Positions 1 to 8,841 of a stretch of DNA of 64,000 nucleotides are shown piece after piece. Source of the stretch: Candidatus Marinacidobacterales bacterium (GTDB lineage Bacteria > Acidobacteriota > Vicinamibacteria > Marinacidobacterales > SMYC01); assembly GCA_965237955.1 (NCBI GenBank), contig OZ250169.1:7712001-7776000 (forward strand), read 5' to 3'. A program made the position numbers and the translations under genes. The stretch's first letter is position 1, and each line of letters starts with the position of its first letter. Under the pieces are notes generated by a model that was not told the origin of the DNA, searched no databases, and was given only the letters and a program-made list of their open reading frames with translations.

Positions 1-56
1 CTTGACTTCCACTATACTTGACTTACACCATAAGAGAGTCGAGGTGGTCAAAGACG

Positions 57-224
57 ATGCTGAGTCCGGTGTTCTGGTTGAGTCTGGTAGCCGTTTTCCT
101 GGGAATGAAATGGCTCGCGGAAGGGCTTTTGTCGCTCGGTCGGATCGAGGTGCGCCTCGTTCAGCCTGTGGCTGCGGAGCCGTCGCAACGGTACGACAAT
201 GCGGCTCTGGATGAAGCCGCTTAA
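57..224 (+). CDS. small putative membrane protein
   Basis: GAGGTGG RBS at 41-47, ATG 57, hydrophobic N-terminus (VFWLSLVAVFLG); converges on the exeA-like gene. Confidence 0.35.
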   Translation: MLSPVFWLSLVAVFLGMKWLAEGLLSLGRIEVRLVQPVAAEPSQRYDNAALDEAA

Positions 225-1359
225 TGGTTTGTCTCGGTTTTGGCGGTTTTGATCGACGACCGAGCCGCGACCGCAGTGTCCACGAGCTCGTCGAACGGCT
301 CGCCATCGGGCACATCATTCGGCCGCGCGCCCGGTCGTGGCGCTTTCAGAGGATTTTGCCGTAGCGATTTCAGCCACTGCCGGATCTTGGGCGCGTCTCC
401 CGATCCAGGTCTCAGGGCGTGGCTCGCCGCCTGCGCCGCCTCCAGCTCTGCCAGCTTCTTCATGATCGCGTCTAACTGGCCTGCCATTCTGAGAAGCAAG
501 GTGCTTTCGATACCGAGCGCCCCCGTGTGCTGCTCCATACCGTCGCCAATCGGCTTGAGGTTCAAGTCCGCGACGGCCTGGTCCACGTGCGGCGCTTTGA
601 GTACCTGTTCTTCTTCCACGTAGCCGATCAAGAGCGTTCGTTCGCAGACAATATTGATGAGGCGCGGAATGCCGCGCGACGCGTGGTGCACCCGCTCGAT
701 CGCCTCACCCGAGAACATCTACGGGTTCGGCGCGCCCACGACGTCCAGACGGTAGCGGATGTAGGCCTCGGTGTTTTCGAGGTCCAGAGGCTCGACCCAA
801 CAGCGCACCACCGCCCGCTGGCTCAACGACTCGAGATCCGGCGTCTGAAACTTCCGCTCGAGCGACGGCAAGCCCGCGAGCACTATTTCGACGAGCTTCC
901 GGCCCTTGTGCTCCAAGTTGGTCAGGTAGCGAAGCTCCTCGAACTGCCCGTCCGTGAGACCCTGGGCCTCGTCAACCAACACCACGACCGTCTTGCCGGC
1001 GGTGACCTGGCCTCGAAGGAAAATATCCAAGTACTGCGAGACGGTATCGGTCGAATCTTGGGGCTTGAACGGAATCAGAAGCGCGCGAGCAACTTGCCGG
1101 ATCAGCGAGGCTTCCCCGACCGCGATGTCCGAGAGGAACACCCCACTCAGATGGTTCGCGAAGCTCCGGAGCAACCGGAGCATCAGAGTCGTTTTGCCCG
1201 TACCCGCCTCCCCGAGGAGGATGGCCAGGCCGTGCCGCTCCTCGATATGGAGTAGCAAAGCTCGTTCAGCGGTACTTGGTGGGCTTCTCCGTAATAGTAG
1301 GCGGGGTCGTGCGTCAGCTTGAAGGGCTTGTCCCGAAATCCGTAGTGCTGGCGATACAT
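221..1359 (-). pseudogene. ExeA/GspA-family AAA ATPase (disrupted)
   Basis: N-term MYRQHYGFRDKPFKLTHDP, Walker A GEAGTGKTT, Walker B VLVDEAQ, SRGIPRLINIVCE; 2-nt frameshift near 1245 and in-frame TAG at 719-721. Confidence 0.85.
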
Positions 1360-1379
1360 AATGTGCGCCTTTTATTAAG

Positions 1380-2763
1380 GGGTCTACGCGGAAATCTGTG
1401 GGCGAATGCTGACGGAGAAATAGTGTAACTCATTGTGTGGAAAAGGTATTCAGCACTTCATCAGGTGCTGAGAAGTGATCCGTTTTTCGGATAGGCTAAC
1501 CGAGTGAAAAATCCCCAGTCGATCCGCTCGCTTTTTGCGCTACCAGGTTTCGTGGCTGGCGCCCGATTGAACGGTGTATTCGGTGACCGATACGCCCGCG
1601 TCATCCAGCTCAAGAGGCGAAAAAAACAGCCGTGTGCTCGTACTGTGGGCATCGGTGCCGGGGGCGCTATGACAAGCAAGTGTGCCGGGTCCGCGACCTG
1701 TCGTTGGCAGGCTGGCGGATCTATCTGGAATACGAGCGTTGGCGCGTCAACTGTCGTGGGTGCGGTGGTGTGCATGTAGAACACTTGGACTGGCTGGCGA
1801 ACAACCCGCGCTACACCCAGCGCTTTGCGACGCATGTGGGCAAGCTGTGCCGGGATATGCCGAACAAGGCGGTGGCCGAGATGGAACGTCTGCACCACAC
1901 TACGGTGAAGGACCTGGATAAGCTCTACATGCAAGAGCAAGTCGAGCGGGCGGGGCTGCCGGCGCCTCGGGCCATCGGTATCGATGAGATCTCCATCCGC
2001 AAGGGACATAACTATCGTGTCATTGTCAGCGACCTGGAGCGGGCGCGTCCCATCTGGGTGGGCGGTGAGGGTCGCAAAGAAACCGACATCGATTTGTTCT
2101 TCAAGGCGCTGGGCGGGAAGAAAAGCGCCCGTATCAAGCTGGCCGCCATGGATATGTGGAAGCCCTTCCGGAACTCGGTGATTAACAACGCACCCAATGC
2201 GCGGATCATCTTCGACAAGTTTCATATCATGCGTCACCTGTCAAAGGCTCTCGATGAGGTCCGGCGCCGTGAGTACAAACGCCTCAGCGGCGAGGACCGG
2301 TCGTATATCAAGGGGCAGCGTTACACGTTGCTTTCCCGGCGGGAGAACCTGAGCCTGGACGGTCGCCGCGCACTCAAGAAGTTGCTCCAGGCCAACCGGC
2401 GCCTGAACACCGCCTATGTTTTGAAGGAGGCCTTCGGGCAACTCTGGGATTACCGCACCGAACGCGGGGCTCGCGCCTTTTTCACACGTTGGAAAGACAG
2501 CCTCAAATGGCAGCGCCTGCATCCCTACCAGAAGTTCGCCGGAATGATTGAGTCCCATTGGGATGGTATCGCCTCCTACTGTCATCCTGAGAACAAAGTC
2601 AGTCTCGGACTGGTTGAAGGGGTCAACAACAAAATCCGTGTTCTGCAACGACGCGCCTACGGCTATCGTGACGAGGGATATCTCAAGCTGAAGATCGTGG
2701 CGGCATTCCTTCCGCCATTACCCAGAAATGCCGTTTTCAACCCACACGAACCCGCGTAGACCC
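1380..2763 (+). mobile_element. ISL3-family insertion sequence (type A)
   Basis: Terminal IRs GGGTCTACGCGG..TGTGGG; 8-bp target duplication TTATTAAG at 1372-1379 and 2764-2771; ISL3 transposase inside. Confidence 0.95.
1504..2759 (+). CDS. ISL3 transposase, two frames joined by a -1 shift at A7 (1620-1626)
   Basis: Zn finger CSYC..CRGC, IGIDEISIRKGH, MDMW, FDKFH, EGVNNKIR; upstream ORF 1504 overlaps in the 0 frame. Confidence 0.9.
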
Positions 2764-2803
2764 TTATTAAGAGAGATGAAGGTTATTTGCCTCTCCTGCC
2801 ATT

Positions 2804-4021
2804 TCAGTGGATCCTCTCGAGGGTGAGACCGCCACAGTTTAGGTAGACGAGACTGATGAGAGCTTCGGCAGAGTGGAGTCCAAAGCTGCGGTGGCTCAGC
2901 AGCCGGATTTTGTTGTTCATTCCTTCGAGTCGGCCGTTGCTGAGTCTCCACGTGACCCACGCGATGACGCCATCGAAGTGGCTGCTCATCTTCGCCGCGC
3001 GTTTGACGGGCTCTATCCTCGAGCTCATAGCGCGCCGCAGCCATCCTCGGAGAAACTTCTTGGCCCATGTCTCGGTTTTGTAGGTGTAGAGGTCCATGAA
3101 GTTGTCGCGCAGAAGCATGGCGCGGTAGAGGCGACGATTAGCTCGCACCTGCTCGCGGAGCACCCGTTTGTCTTTCGCGCTGCGGTTGTGTTTGGCCTTG
3201 AGAAGGGGAAACTTGGTGTTCTTGAGGTTGCGCCGGGCAGTCCCTTTGAGCTCGCGCACCAGCTCGCGCCGGGTCTTATCCACGGCCTCGTTCAGATGCT
3301 TGACGATGTGGAAGCGGTCAAAGATCACCCGTGCCTGAGGAGCCTTTTTGCCGACGACAGTTATGTACGGCTCCCACATGTCCATGCTGACCGCTTCGAG
3401 CTCCGCGGCTCTTTGTGGTCCGAGCTTGCGGAAAAACCGCAGCAGCGTCTTGGCCTTGCGCTCCTTTCCCGCCCAGACGACCCGGCCGCTGAGATGGTCT
3501 ATTACCACTGTTAAGTACTTGTGGCGTTTGCGGTAGCTGATCTCGTCCATCCCAATCACCCGCAATCCATCGAGCTCGCGCCGCTCATCCCGCTGCTCGG
3601 CAACCACTCGCTGGATGATCCGTCGCACCGAACGCCACGTCACTCGGAAATAGTTCGCTACGGCGCTGACGTCCGTCCTCTGTGCCAGCCACGCTACCTC
3701 TTGTTCGAAGCTTTTGGTAAAGCGGCTTCCCTTGTCGGCCCAAGGCACCTTTTCTCTGACCACTCCACACCGCCGACATACCACTCGTCGGATCGAGTAG
3801 CGAAGATAGGTCCGGACTCCGAACAGGTCCAAGTGCCGCCAGTAGCGATTGTAGCGATCTTTGTTCTTGCGGACCTTTCGTCCGCAAATCCCGCACAGAG
3901 GCTTCCTCCTCCGTGGTACTACATCCACCACCACTCTGGCTTTGTCCGCCTGGAAGTGGAAACCTCGGACCCACAGGCCTTGCAATCCGATGAGCTTGTT
4001 GACTAACGTAGTAACGCGCAT
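2804..4021 (-). CDS. ISL3 transposase
   Basis: CGIC/CRRC Zn finger, IGMDEISYRKRH, SMDMW, FDRFH, EGMNNKIR. Confidence 0.93.
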   Translation of the reverse strand: MRVTTLVNKLIGLQGLWVRGFHFQADKARVVVDVVPRRRKPLCGICGRKVRKNKDRYNRYWRHLDLFGVRTYLRYSIRRVVCRRCGVVREKVPWADKGSRFTKSFEQEVAWLAQRTDVSAVANYFRVTWRSVRRIIQRVVAEQRDERRELDGLRVIGMDEISYRKRHKYLTVVIDHLSGRVVWAGKERKAKTLLRFFRKLGPQRAAELEAVSMDMWEPYITVVGKKAPQARVIFDRFHIVKHLNEAVDKTRRELVRELKGTARRNLKNTKFPLLKAKHNRSAKDKRVLREQVRANRRLYRAMLLRDNFMDLYTYKTETWAKKFLRGWLRRAMSSRIEPVKRAAKMSSHFDGVIAWVTWRLSNGRLEGMNNKIRLLSHRSFGLHSAEALISLVYLNCGGLTLERIH

Positions 4022-4146
4022 CGCGGGAACGCTCTTTTCTCTTTCGGAAAAAAAGATTCTAGCGTTCTCGCCGATGCGCATCTACACATGGCTTACCCTC
4101 TCAACCCACGGGCCTCACCAAATGCCACTGCCCCTCAGCGGGAGAC

Positions 4147-4459
4147 GAGGCTGTGGGAAACGCCCCCACGGTTCTGGTCGTTCAGACCTTGCTCACGACT
4201 GAGTTCTCTTCGAAGCCTGGAAGGGCGTTTTCCATAGCCTCCACTAATCGAGCCCCCCCTTCCTTATTCCATATGAATTAATCTTTCTTGTATATATATC
4301 AGGAGGGGCCTGTGGGCGCTCGTGGGAAACGCGAAGCGTTTTCCAAGCGATTGTGGAAAACGCCGCTCCACGTTTGTACGTGCTCACAACCTTTCCCTAA
4401 ACGCCTCTCTCGCCCGGAGTTTCCGGCGTTTTCCACAATCGCGGCAGCGTCCATAGGCC
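4147..4459 (+). other. multi-helix structured non-coding segment inside the ISL3-B leader (candidate RNA or ssDNA element)
   Basis: Helices 4147-4165/4223-4241, 4307-4320/4446-4459, 4323-4345 (GCGAAGC loop), and perfect 19-bp 4347-4365/4424-4442. Confidence 0.6.
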
Positions 4460-4572
4460 ATGCCCTCCAACACAAATCAGATCCCCCGAAACGACAGGAG
4501 AACCGGTTATTTTATGAAATCCGGGGGAGAAAATTGTACCCTAAAAGAGCTGCGCTGCGAAACCCTTAAACG

Positions 4573-4597
4573 GGAACTTTCGCGGGCGTCGGGCGTT
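4573..4597 (+). promoter_or_regulatory. putative ECF-sigma autoregulated promoter
   Basis: GGAACT-N15-CGTT just upstream of the sigma factor ATG at 4610. Confidence 0.5.
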
Positions 4598-4720
4598 TAT
4601 CCTATTGAGATGACATCGGTCGGCGATTCCGAGCTCGTGGCTCGGATGCAGAGAGGCGACCGTGCGGCGTTTGCGACGCTGGTAGATCGACATAAACATA
4701 GGCTGGTCAATTATTTAACT

Positions 4721-5343
4721 CCAATAGGTAAGCCACCGCCTATGGCGGTGCGACTCGAAAAGGCTCTGCCGTTCCAGCGTGTGGTAGACGATCTCCTTTC
4801 AATGAACCGGGAAGTTCAAAAGAAAGGAGATCGACATGCGAGAGTGGAAGAACCAATCGCACGTGAAATGGTACTGCAAATATCACATTGTGTTCAGCCC
4901 GAAATACCGAAAGAAGGCGATGTTCGGAAGTTTGAGGAAGGGGGTTGGGAGAATCCTCCGGGAACTCTGCAAGCAGGCGGGAGTCGAATTGGTGGAGGGA
5001 CACGCGATGTCGGACCATGTGCACTTGTGTTTGAGTATTCCACCGAAGTACAGCGTGGCAAACACGGTAGGGTTTCTGAAGGGCAAGTCTGCGATACGAA
5101 TCCATCGTGAATACTTTGGGAAACGGAGAAACTTCACGGGGTTCCATTTCTGGGCACGCGGTTACTGTGTCAGCACGGTGGGTCTAGACGAGGCGGTCAT
5201 TCGGGAGTACATCCGAAATCAGGAGGAAGAAGAAAAGCGTCAAGAACAGCTGAACCTCAGGGGGCTTTAGCCCCCTTCCGCACGGTGGGGGCCCCTTCAA
5301 GGGGCCTTCATCAAACCACCCGCTATGCGGGTGGTAGTTGATT
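4721..5343 (+). mobile_element. IS200/IS605-family element (tnpA only)
   Basis: Subterminal hairpins CACCGCC-TAT-GGCGGTG (4734-4750) and ACCACCCGC-TAT-GCGGGTGGT (5315-5335); no TSD; removal restores the host ORF. Confidence 0.9.
4836..5270 (+). CDS. tnpA: IS200/IS605 Y1 HUH transposase
   Basis: KYHIVFSPKYR, DHVHL (HUH), FWARGY, EYIRNQ; AGGAG RBS. Confidence 0.95.
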   Translation: MREWKNQSHVKWYCKYHIVFSPKYRKKAMFGSLRKGVGRILRELCKQAGVELVEGHAMSDHVHLCLSIPPKYSVANTVGFLKGKSAIRIHREYFGKRRNFTGFHFWARGYCVSTVGLDEAVIREYIRNQEEEEKRQEQLNLRGL

Positions 5344-5798
5344 GGACTGGTGCGAGATCGTGACCGCTCCGAGGAGCTGGCGCAAGACGTGTTTCTCAAG
5401 CTCTACCAACACCGCGGCCGGTACCAGGAACGCGGGCAGTTTCTGCCGTATCTCTACCGGATCGCAACCAACTTGGCGCGCTCCGAGGAGCCGAAAAGGC
5501 GCCGCCGCGAGTTTCTCCTCAAAACGTTCGCAACCAACGGGAACGGCCACCGCGAGCTCGTCCCGAGCCCGCAGACGGAGCTCCTGAGGAACGAGCTGGG
5601 CACCCGCGTCGGCGAGGCCATCGAGGCGCTTCCGCTCCGGTACCGCTCGCCCCTTCTGTTGCGGGAGATCGAAGGTTGGTCCTACCGCGATATCGCGGCC
5701 GCGCTGAAGTGTCGTGAGGGGACCGTGAAATCCCGTGTCCACCGGGGACGCGAGCAGCTCCGCCGGGTTCTGGCGCCGTATTGGAATGGGGGTCTCGA

Positions 5799-6212
5799 AT
5801 GACCGCAATGAACGATGGCGACGTGGGCAACCTGCTGAAGAAGCTTCCGCGGCACGAGGTTTCGCCGGAGTTCACCGAGCGCGTGATGGAGCGACTCGAC
5901 GAACCTGCACTCGTGCGGCGAGGGAGGGTGTTTGCCGGAGCGTGCGCGCTGCTCCTCGCAGTGTGGCTTGGTGCGGTCGTGCTCGAGGAGCGCAACGAGC
6001 GCCGGGAAACGGCCGAGCGTCTCGAGATGATGCGCGACGAATATCGGGCTCTCGAGGTCGTGCTCGAAGAGCTTCGCTCCCTCGCGTCCGAGGCTCAGCC
6101 GGTGCTCGACCTTGGCGGGACGGAACAAGTGGATTTTGTTTTCGATTTGAGACGGCTTGCGGAAGAGCGTGGGAAGGCGCGGGCTCAGCCAACGTCGCAC
6201 TCTCCGCGATGA
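5799..6212 (+). CDS. putative membrane-anchored anti-sigma factor
   Basis: ATGA overlap with the sigma stop; SPEFTERVMERL motif then one TM helix. Confidence 0.7.
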   Translation: MTAMNDGDVGNLLKKLPRHEVSPEFTERVMERLDEPALVRRGRVFAGACALLLAVWLGAVVLEERNERRETAERLEMMRDEYRALEVVLEELRSLASEAQPVLDLGGTEQVDFVFDLRRLAEERGKARAQPTSHSPR

Positions 6213-6228
6213 CACAAGGAGGTTCACC

Positions 6229-6945
6229 ATGAAACGAACAACCAAACTTCTATGGCTTCTCGCTCTCGGATTCTCAGCGTCGACGATCGCACAGGAGCAC
6301 GCGGGGCGCAATTACAGCACGCGGGTGCTCAAAGTACGGAGTCTCGGACGCGGTTTCCTCGGCGTCCAACTGACGCCGTTGACGCCCGAGCTTCGGGTTC
6401 ACTTTGGCGTTCCCGAAGATACCGGCGTCATGGTGGCGCGCGTCGAAGAAAGTGGCCCCGCGGAAGCAGCCGGCATTCTTGTCGGGGACATTCTTTCCGC
6501 GATCGACGGTGAGCGCATCGACAGCGGGCGCCAGTTGTCACGCGCCGTGCGCAAGAAAGAAGAAGGGGATGTTGTCACGCTCGAGCTCTACCGCGATGGG
6601 AGCCTCGAGAGCTATCCCGTCACCGTCGGCGAGCGCGAGCGGCCGGTGATCGATCTCGCGGGGGGTTTTCGTTTCATGACGGATATGCCGGTTATGGACG
6701 ACTTTCCGGACCACGACGTGGTGATTGCAGGCCCTGGATTTCATCTCGATGAAGAATCTATGGAAGCGTTCGAGCAAGCCATGCGAGGACTCGAGGACCA
6801 CTTCGACAGCGTGGAGTGGCAAGAGAAGTTGGAGCGCGTCGAGGAGCTGGACTTCACCGCGATCCAAGAGCGGATGCAGGAGGTCGAGCGCCGATTGCAA
6901 GACCTCGAAAAGGAGCTCGAAAAGGAAGCCAAAGAGAAACTCTAA
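6229..6945 (+). CDS. secreted PDZ-domain protein
   Basis: AAGGAGG RBS, signal peptide, GFLGVQLTPLTPEL..GPAEAAGILVGD PDZ motif, C-terminal coiled coil. Confidence 0.85.
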   Translation: MKRTTKLLWLLALGFSASTIAQEHAGRNYSTRVLKVRSLGRGFLGVQLTPLTPELRVHFGVPEDTGVMVARVEESGPAEAAGILVGDILSAIDGERIDSGRQLSRAVRKKEEGDVVTLELYRDGSLESYPVTVGERERPVIDLAGGFRFMTDMPVMDDFPDHDVVIAGPGFHLDEESMEAFEQAMRGLEDHFDSVEWQEKLERVEELDFTAIQERMQEVERRLQDLEKELEKEAKEKL

Positions 6946-6962
6946 AAACTGAATGCTGGATG

Positions 6963-8483
6963 CTACACCCGTTTACGGCTAAACGCTTCCACCTTGCTTT
7001 TTACGGTGCGCCGGTCGAGACCCAGGCGGCGGGCGGTCTCGAGGTAGTTCCCGGTGCGCTCGTACACGGCGGCGCAGTATTTCTCGAGTAGCTCTTCCGC
7101 GGTGAGGGTGGCGGATTCGAGATCGACGACGGACGACGAGGCGTCCGTCCCGACGAGCGTGGGTCGGTACTCTTTTCGGATGACGATATTCCGCACGCAT
7201 TGCTCGAGCTCGCGCACGTTCCCCGGCCAGTCGTAGTCGAGGCCGAGGTGGTTCGTGATCCAAGCGATGACTTCCTCGGTGACCGTTTCCGCTTCCTCTC
7301 TCCCCCCTTTTCCGATGACGCGCCGCGCGATGAAGAGCACCAGATCGTGCAAGTCATCGGGCGCATCTCGGAGCTGCTCCTTCAGCGAAGGTGTCGTGAT
7401 CAGGTCCGAGCACAGGCGGTAGTACAGGTCTTCACGGAAGCGTCCCGATCGCATCTCGGTAGCGAGGTCGCGGTTCGTTGCCGCCACGATTTTGCCCTCG
7501 AACGACTGGCTTTTGGTCTCGCCGAGCGGCTGGAACGTCCTCGTTTGTAGCACGCGCAAGAGCTTCACCTGGATCGCCGGATCGAGATCGCCGATCTCGT
7601 CGAGAAACACCGTCCCGAGAGCGGGGCACACCGCCAAAAAGCCCTTGCGGTCGGAGAGCGCGCCGGTAAAGGCGCCGCGGCGATGACCGAAGAGCTCGGA
7701 CTCGACCAGCGTCGGTGCGAGCGCGGAAAGATTGAGAGGGAAAAACGCTTGCCCGAGATCGATCTCGAATTGTTTTCGCTTCTGCTGGAACGGAATGTAG
7801 CCGGAGAGTGCGATGGCCTGCGCAACGAGCTCCTTCCCGGTCCCGGACTCTCCGGTGACGAGCGTCGCGATGTCGCTCATTTTCCCAAACAGCAATCGCC
7901 GGTAACGCCTCAAGTCGTGCGTGAAGATCGATTGCCATGCAGCGCCTCGGAGGCGCGCCGCAGGTAGCGAGCTCCCGACGATGAAATCGAAGATGTGGTG
8001 GGACGCGCGGCGAACCTGGAACAGGAACGCGAACCAGTGCGGAAGCTCGGCGTCGACATCGTCCGCGATCCGCTGTGGCAGGAGCGATACGTAAAAGCGG
8101 GCTTGCTCCAGGAAGTCGTCGTAGAATTCGACCTCTGGGGCGGTCATCGCGCGCTCGAGCCGGGCCTCGAAACGATCGTAGAGAAGATAGAACACGAGCT
8201 CGAGGTAGAGCTGGGCGTCGTCGACGGATGGCTTTTGTCCCTCGGCAAGACGCGCTCGCAACGTCATCGCCAACGACTCCGCTCGCTCCGCGATCTTGAC
8301 GACGTTCGGGTTTTCCCGGTCGAGCCTCTTGCTCCAGACCAAGCTCACTTCCTCGAACGCGTCGCCGAGCGCTTGGCGTTCGAGTTCGATGCGCTCGGGC
8401 AGAAACGGGTTGCACCGCGCGAGCTCGGACAGGCTCGTGAGCAGGCGCCGTTGCTCGGCGGTCATGAAAGTTCCGCTCGCCAT
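6963..8483 (-). CDS. sigma-54-dependent transcriptional activator (bEBP)
   Basis: GESGTGKE, ESELFGH, GAFTGA, FLDEIG, WPGNVREL, C-terminal Fis-type HTH. Confidence 0.92.
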   Translation of the reverse strand: MASGTFMTAEQRRLLTSLSELARCNPFLPERIELERQALGDAFEEVSLVWSKRLDRENPNVVKIAERAESLAMTLRARLAEGQKPSVDDAQLYLELVFYLLYDRFEARLERAMTAPEVEFYDDFLEQARFYVSLLPQRIADDVDAELPHWFAFLFQVRRASHHIFDFIVGSSLPAARLRGAAWQSIFTHDLRRYRRLLFGKMSDIATLVTGESGTGKELVAQAIALSGYIPFQQKRKQFEIDLGQAFFPLNLSALAPTLVESELFGHRRGAFTGALSDRKGFLAVCPALGTVFLDEIGDLDPAIQVKLLRVLQTRTFQPLGETKSQSFEGKIVAATNRDLATEMRSGRFREDLYYRLCSDLITTPSLKEQLRDAPDDLHDLVLFIARRVIGKGGREEAETVTEEVIAWITNHLGLDYDWPGNVRELEQCVRNIVIRKEYRPTLVGTDASSSVVDLESATLTAEELLEKYCAAVYERTGNYLETARRLGLDRRTVKSKVEAFSRKRV

Positions 8484-8591
8484 GTTCACAGATTGTACAG
8501 GAACGTCAGAAATTGAACTCGGGCTCCGTCGTGTACCGGCGGGTATCCAGTCTAAATGCTACAAACAAAGGTCTTGACGGTATAGGAGAGT

Positions 8592-8608
8592 TTGGCATGA
8601 CGCCTGCT
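8592..8608 (+). promoter_or_regulatory. sigma-54 (-24/-12) promoter
   Basis: TTGGCATGACGCCTGCT, GG-N10-GC spacing, divergent from the bEBP gene. Confidence 0.65.
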
Positions 8609-8679
8609 ATAGACATGTGCGGAACGCGCGAGGGCACGACGTAAAATTTCCTTGCTCTCAACCCCAATGTCCTCGCGCG

Positions 8680-8796
8680 TTCGCCGCTCTCGTCCTCCAG
8701 GCTCTCGCGAAGGGCTATCGCTACGGGTTCGAGATCATGGACTTCACCGGCCTCGCCAGCGGGACGACCTATCCGATCTTGAAGGCGCTCGAAATG
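8680..8796 (+). pseudogene. PadR-family regulator remnant
   Basis: [36 protein letters not shown]; no clear start and C-terminus missing. Confidence 0.65.
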
Positions 8797-8841
8797 GGAA
8801 GGTCAGAAAAAAGCCTACGGGCACGGAGGGGGAGGTGGTGC

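Larger units (their letters stand above)
2789..4504 (-). mobile_element. ISL3-family insertion sequence (type B, copy 1)
   Basis: Imperfect 25-bp IRs GCCTCTCCTGCCATTTCAGTGGATC / GATCCCCCGAAACGACAGGAGAACC; 8-bp TSD GGTTATTT (2781-2788, 4505-4512); near-identical copy at 34311-36029. Confidence 0.95.
4610..5802 (+). pseudogene. ECF (sigma-70 family) RNA polymerase sigma factor interrupted by IS200
   Basis: DSELVARMQRGDRAAFATLVDRH..NYLT (4610-4720) rejoins in frame with GLVRDRDRSEELAQDVFLK..GTVKSRVHRGR (5344-5802). Confidence 0.92.

Noticed and set aside
4147-4459. CRISPR array or DnaA-box origin in the GGAAAACGC repeats
   Set aside because: The repeats are inverted and irregularly spaced, lie inside an IS, and have no cas or dnaA context; the TTTTCCACA matches are parts of the helices.
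4836-5343. TnpB/omegaRNA associated with the IS200 element
   Set aside because: Only about 70 bp lie between the tnpA stop and the right end, and there is no tnpB.
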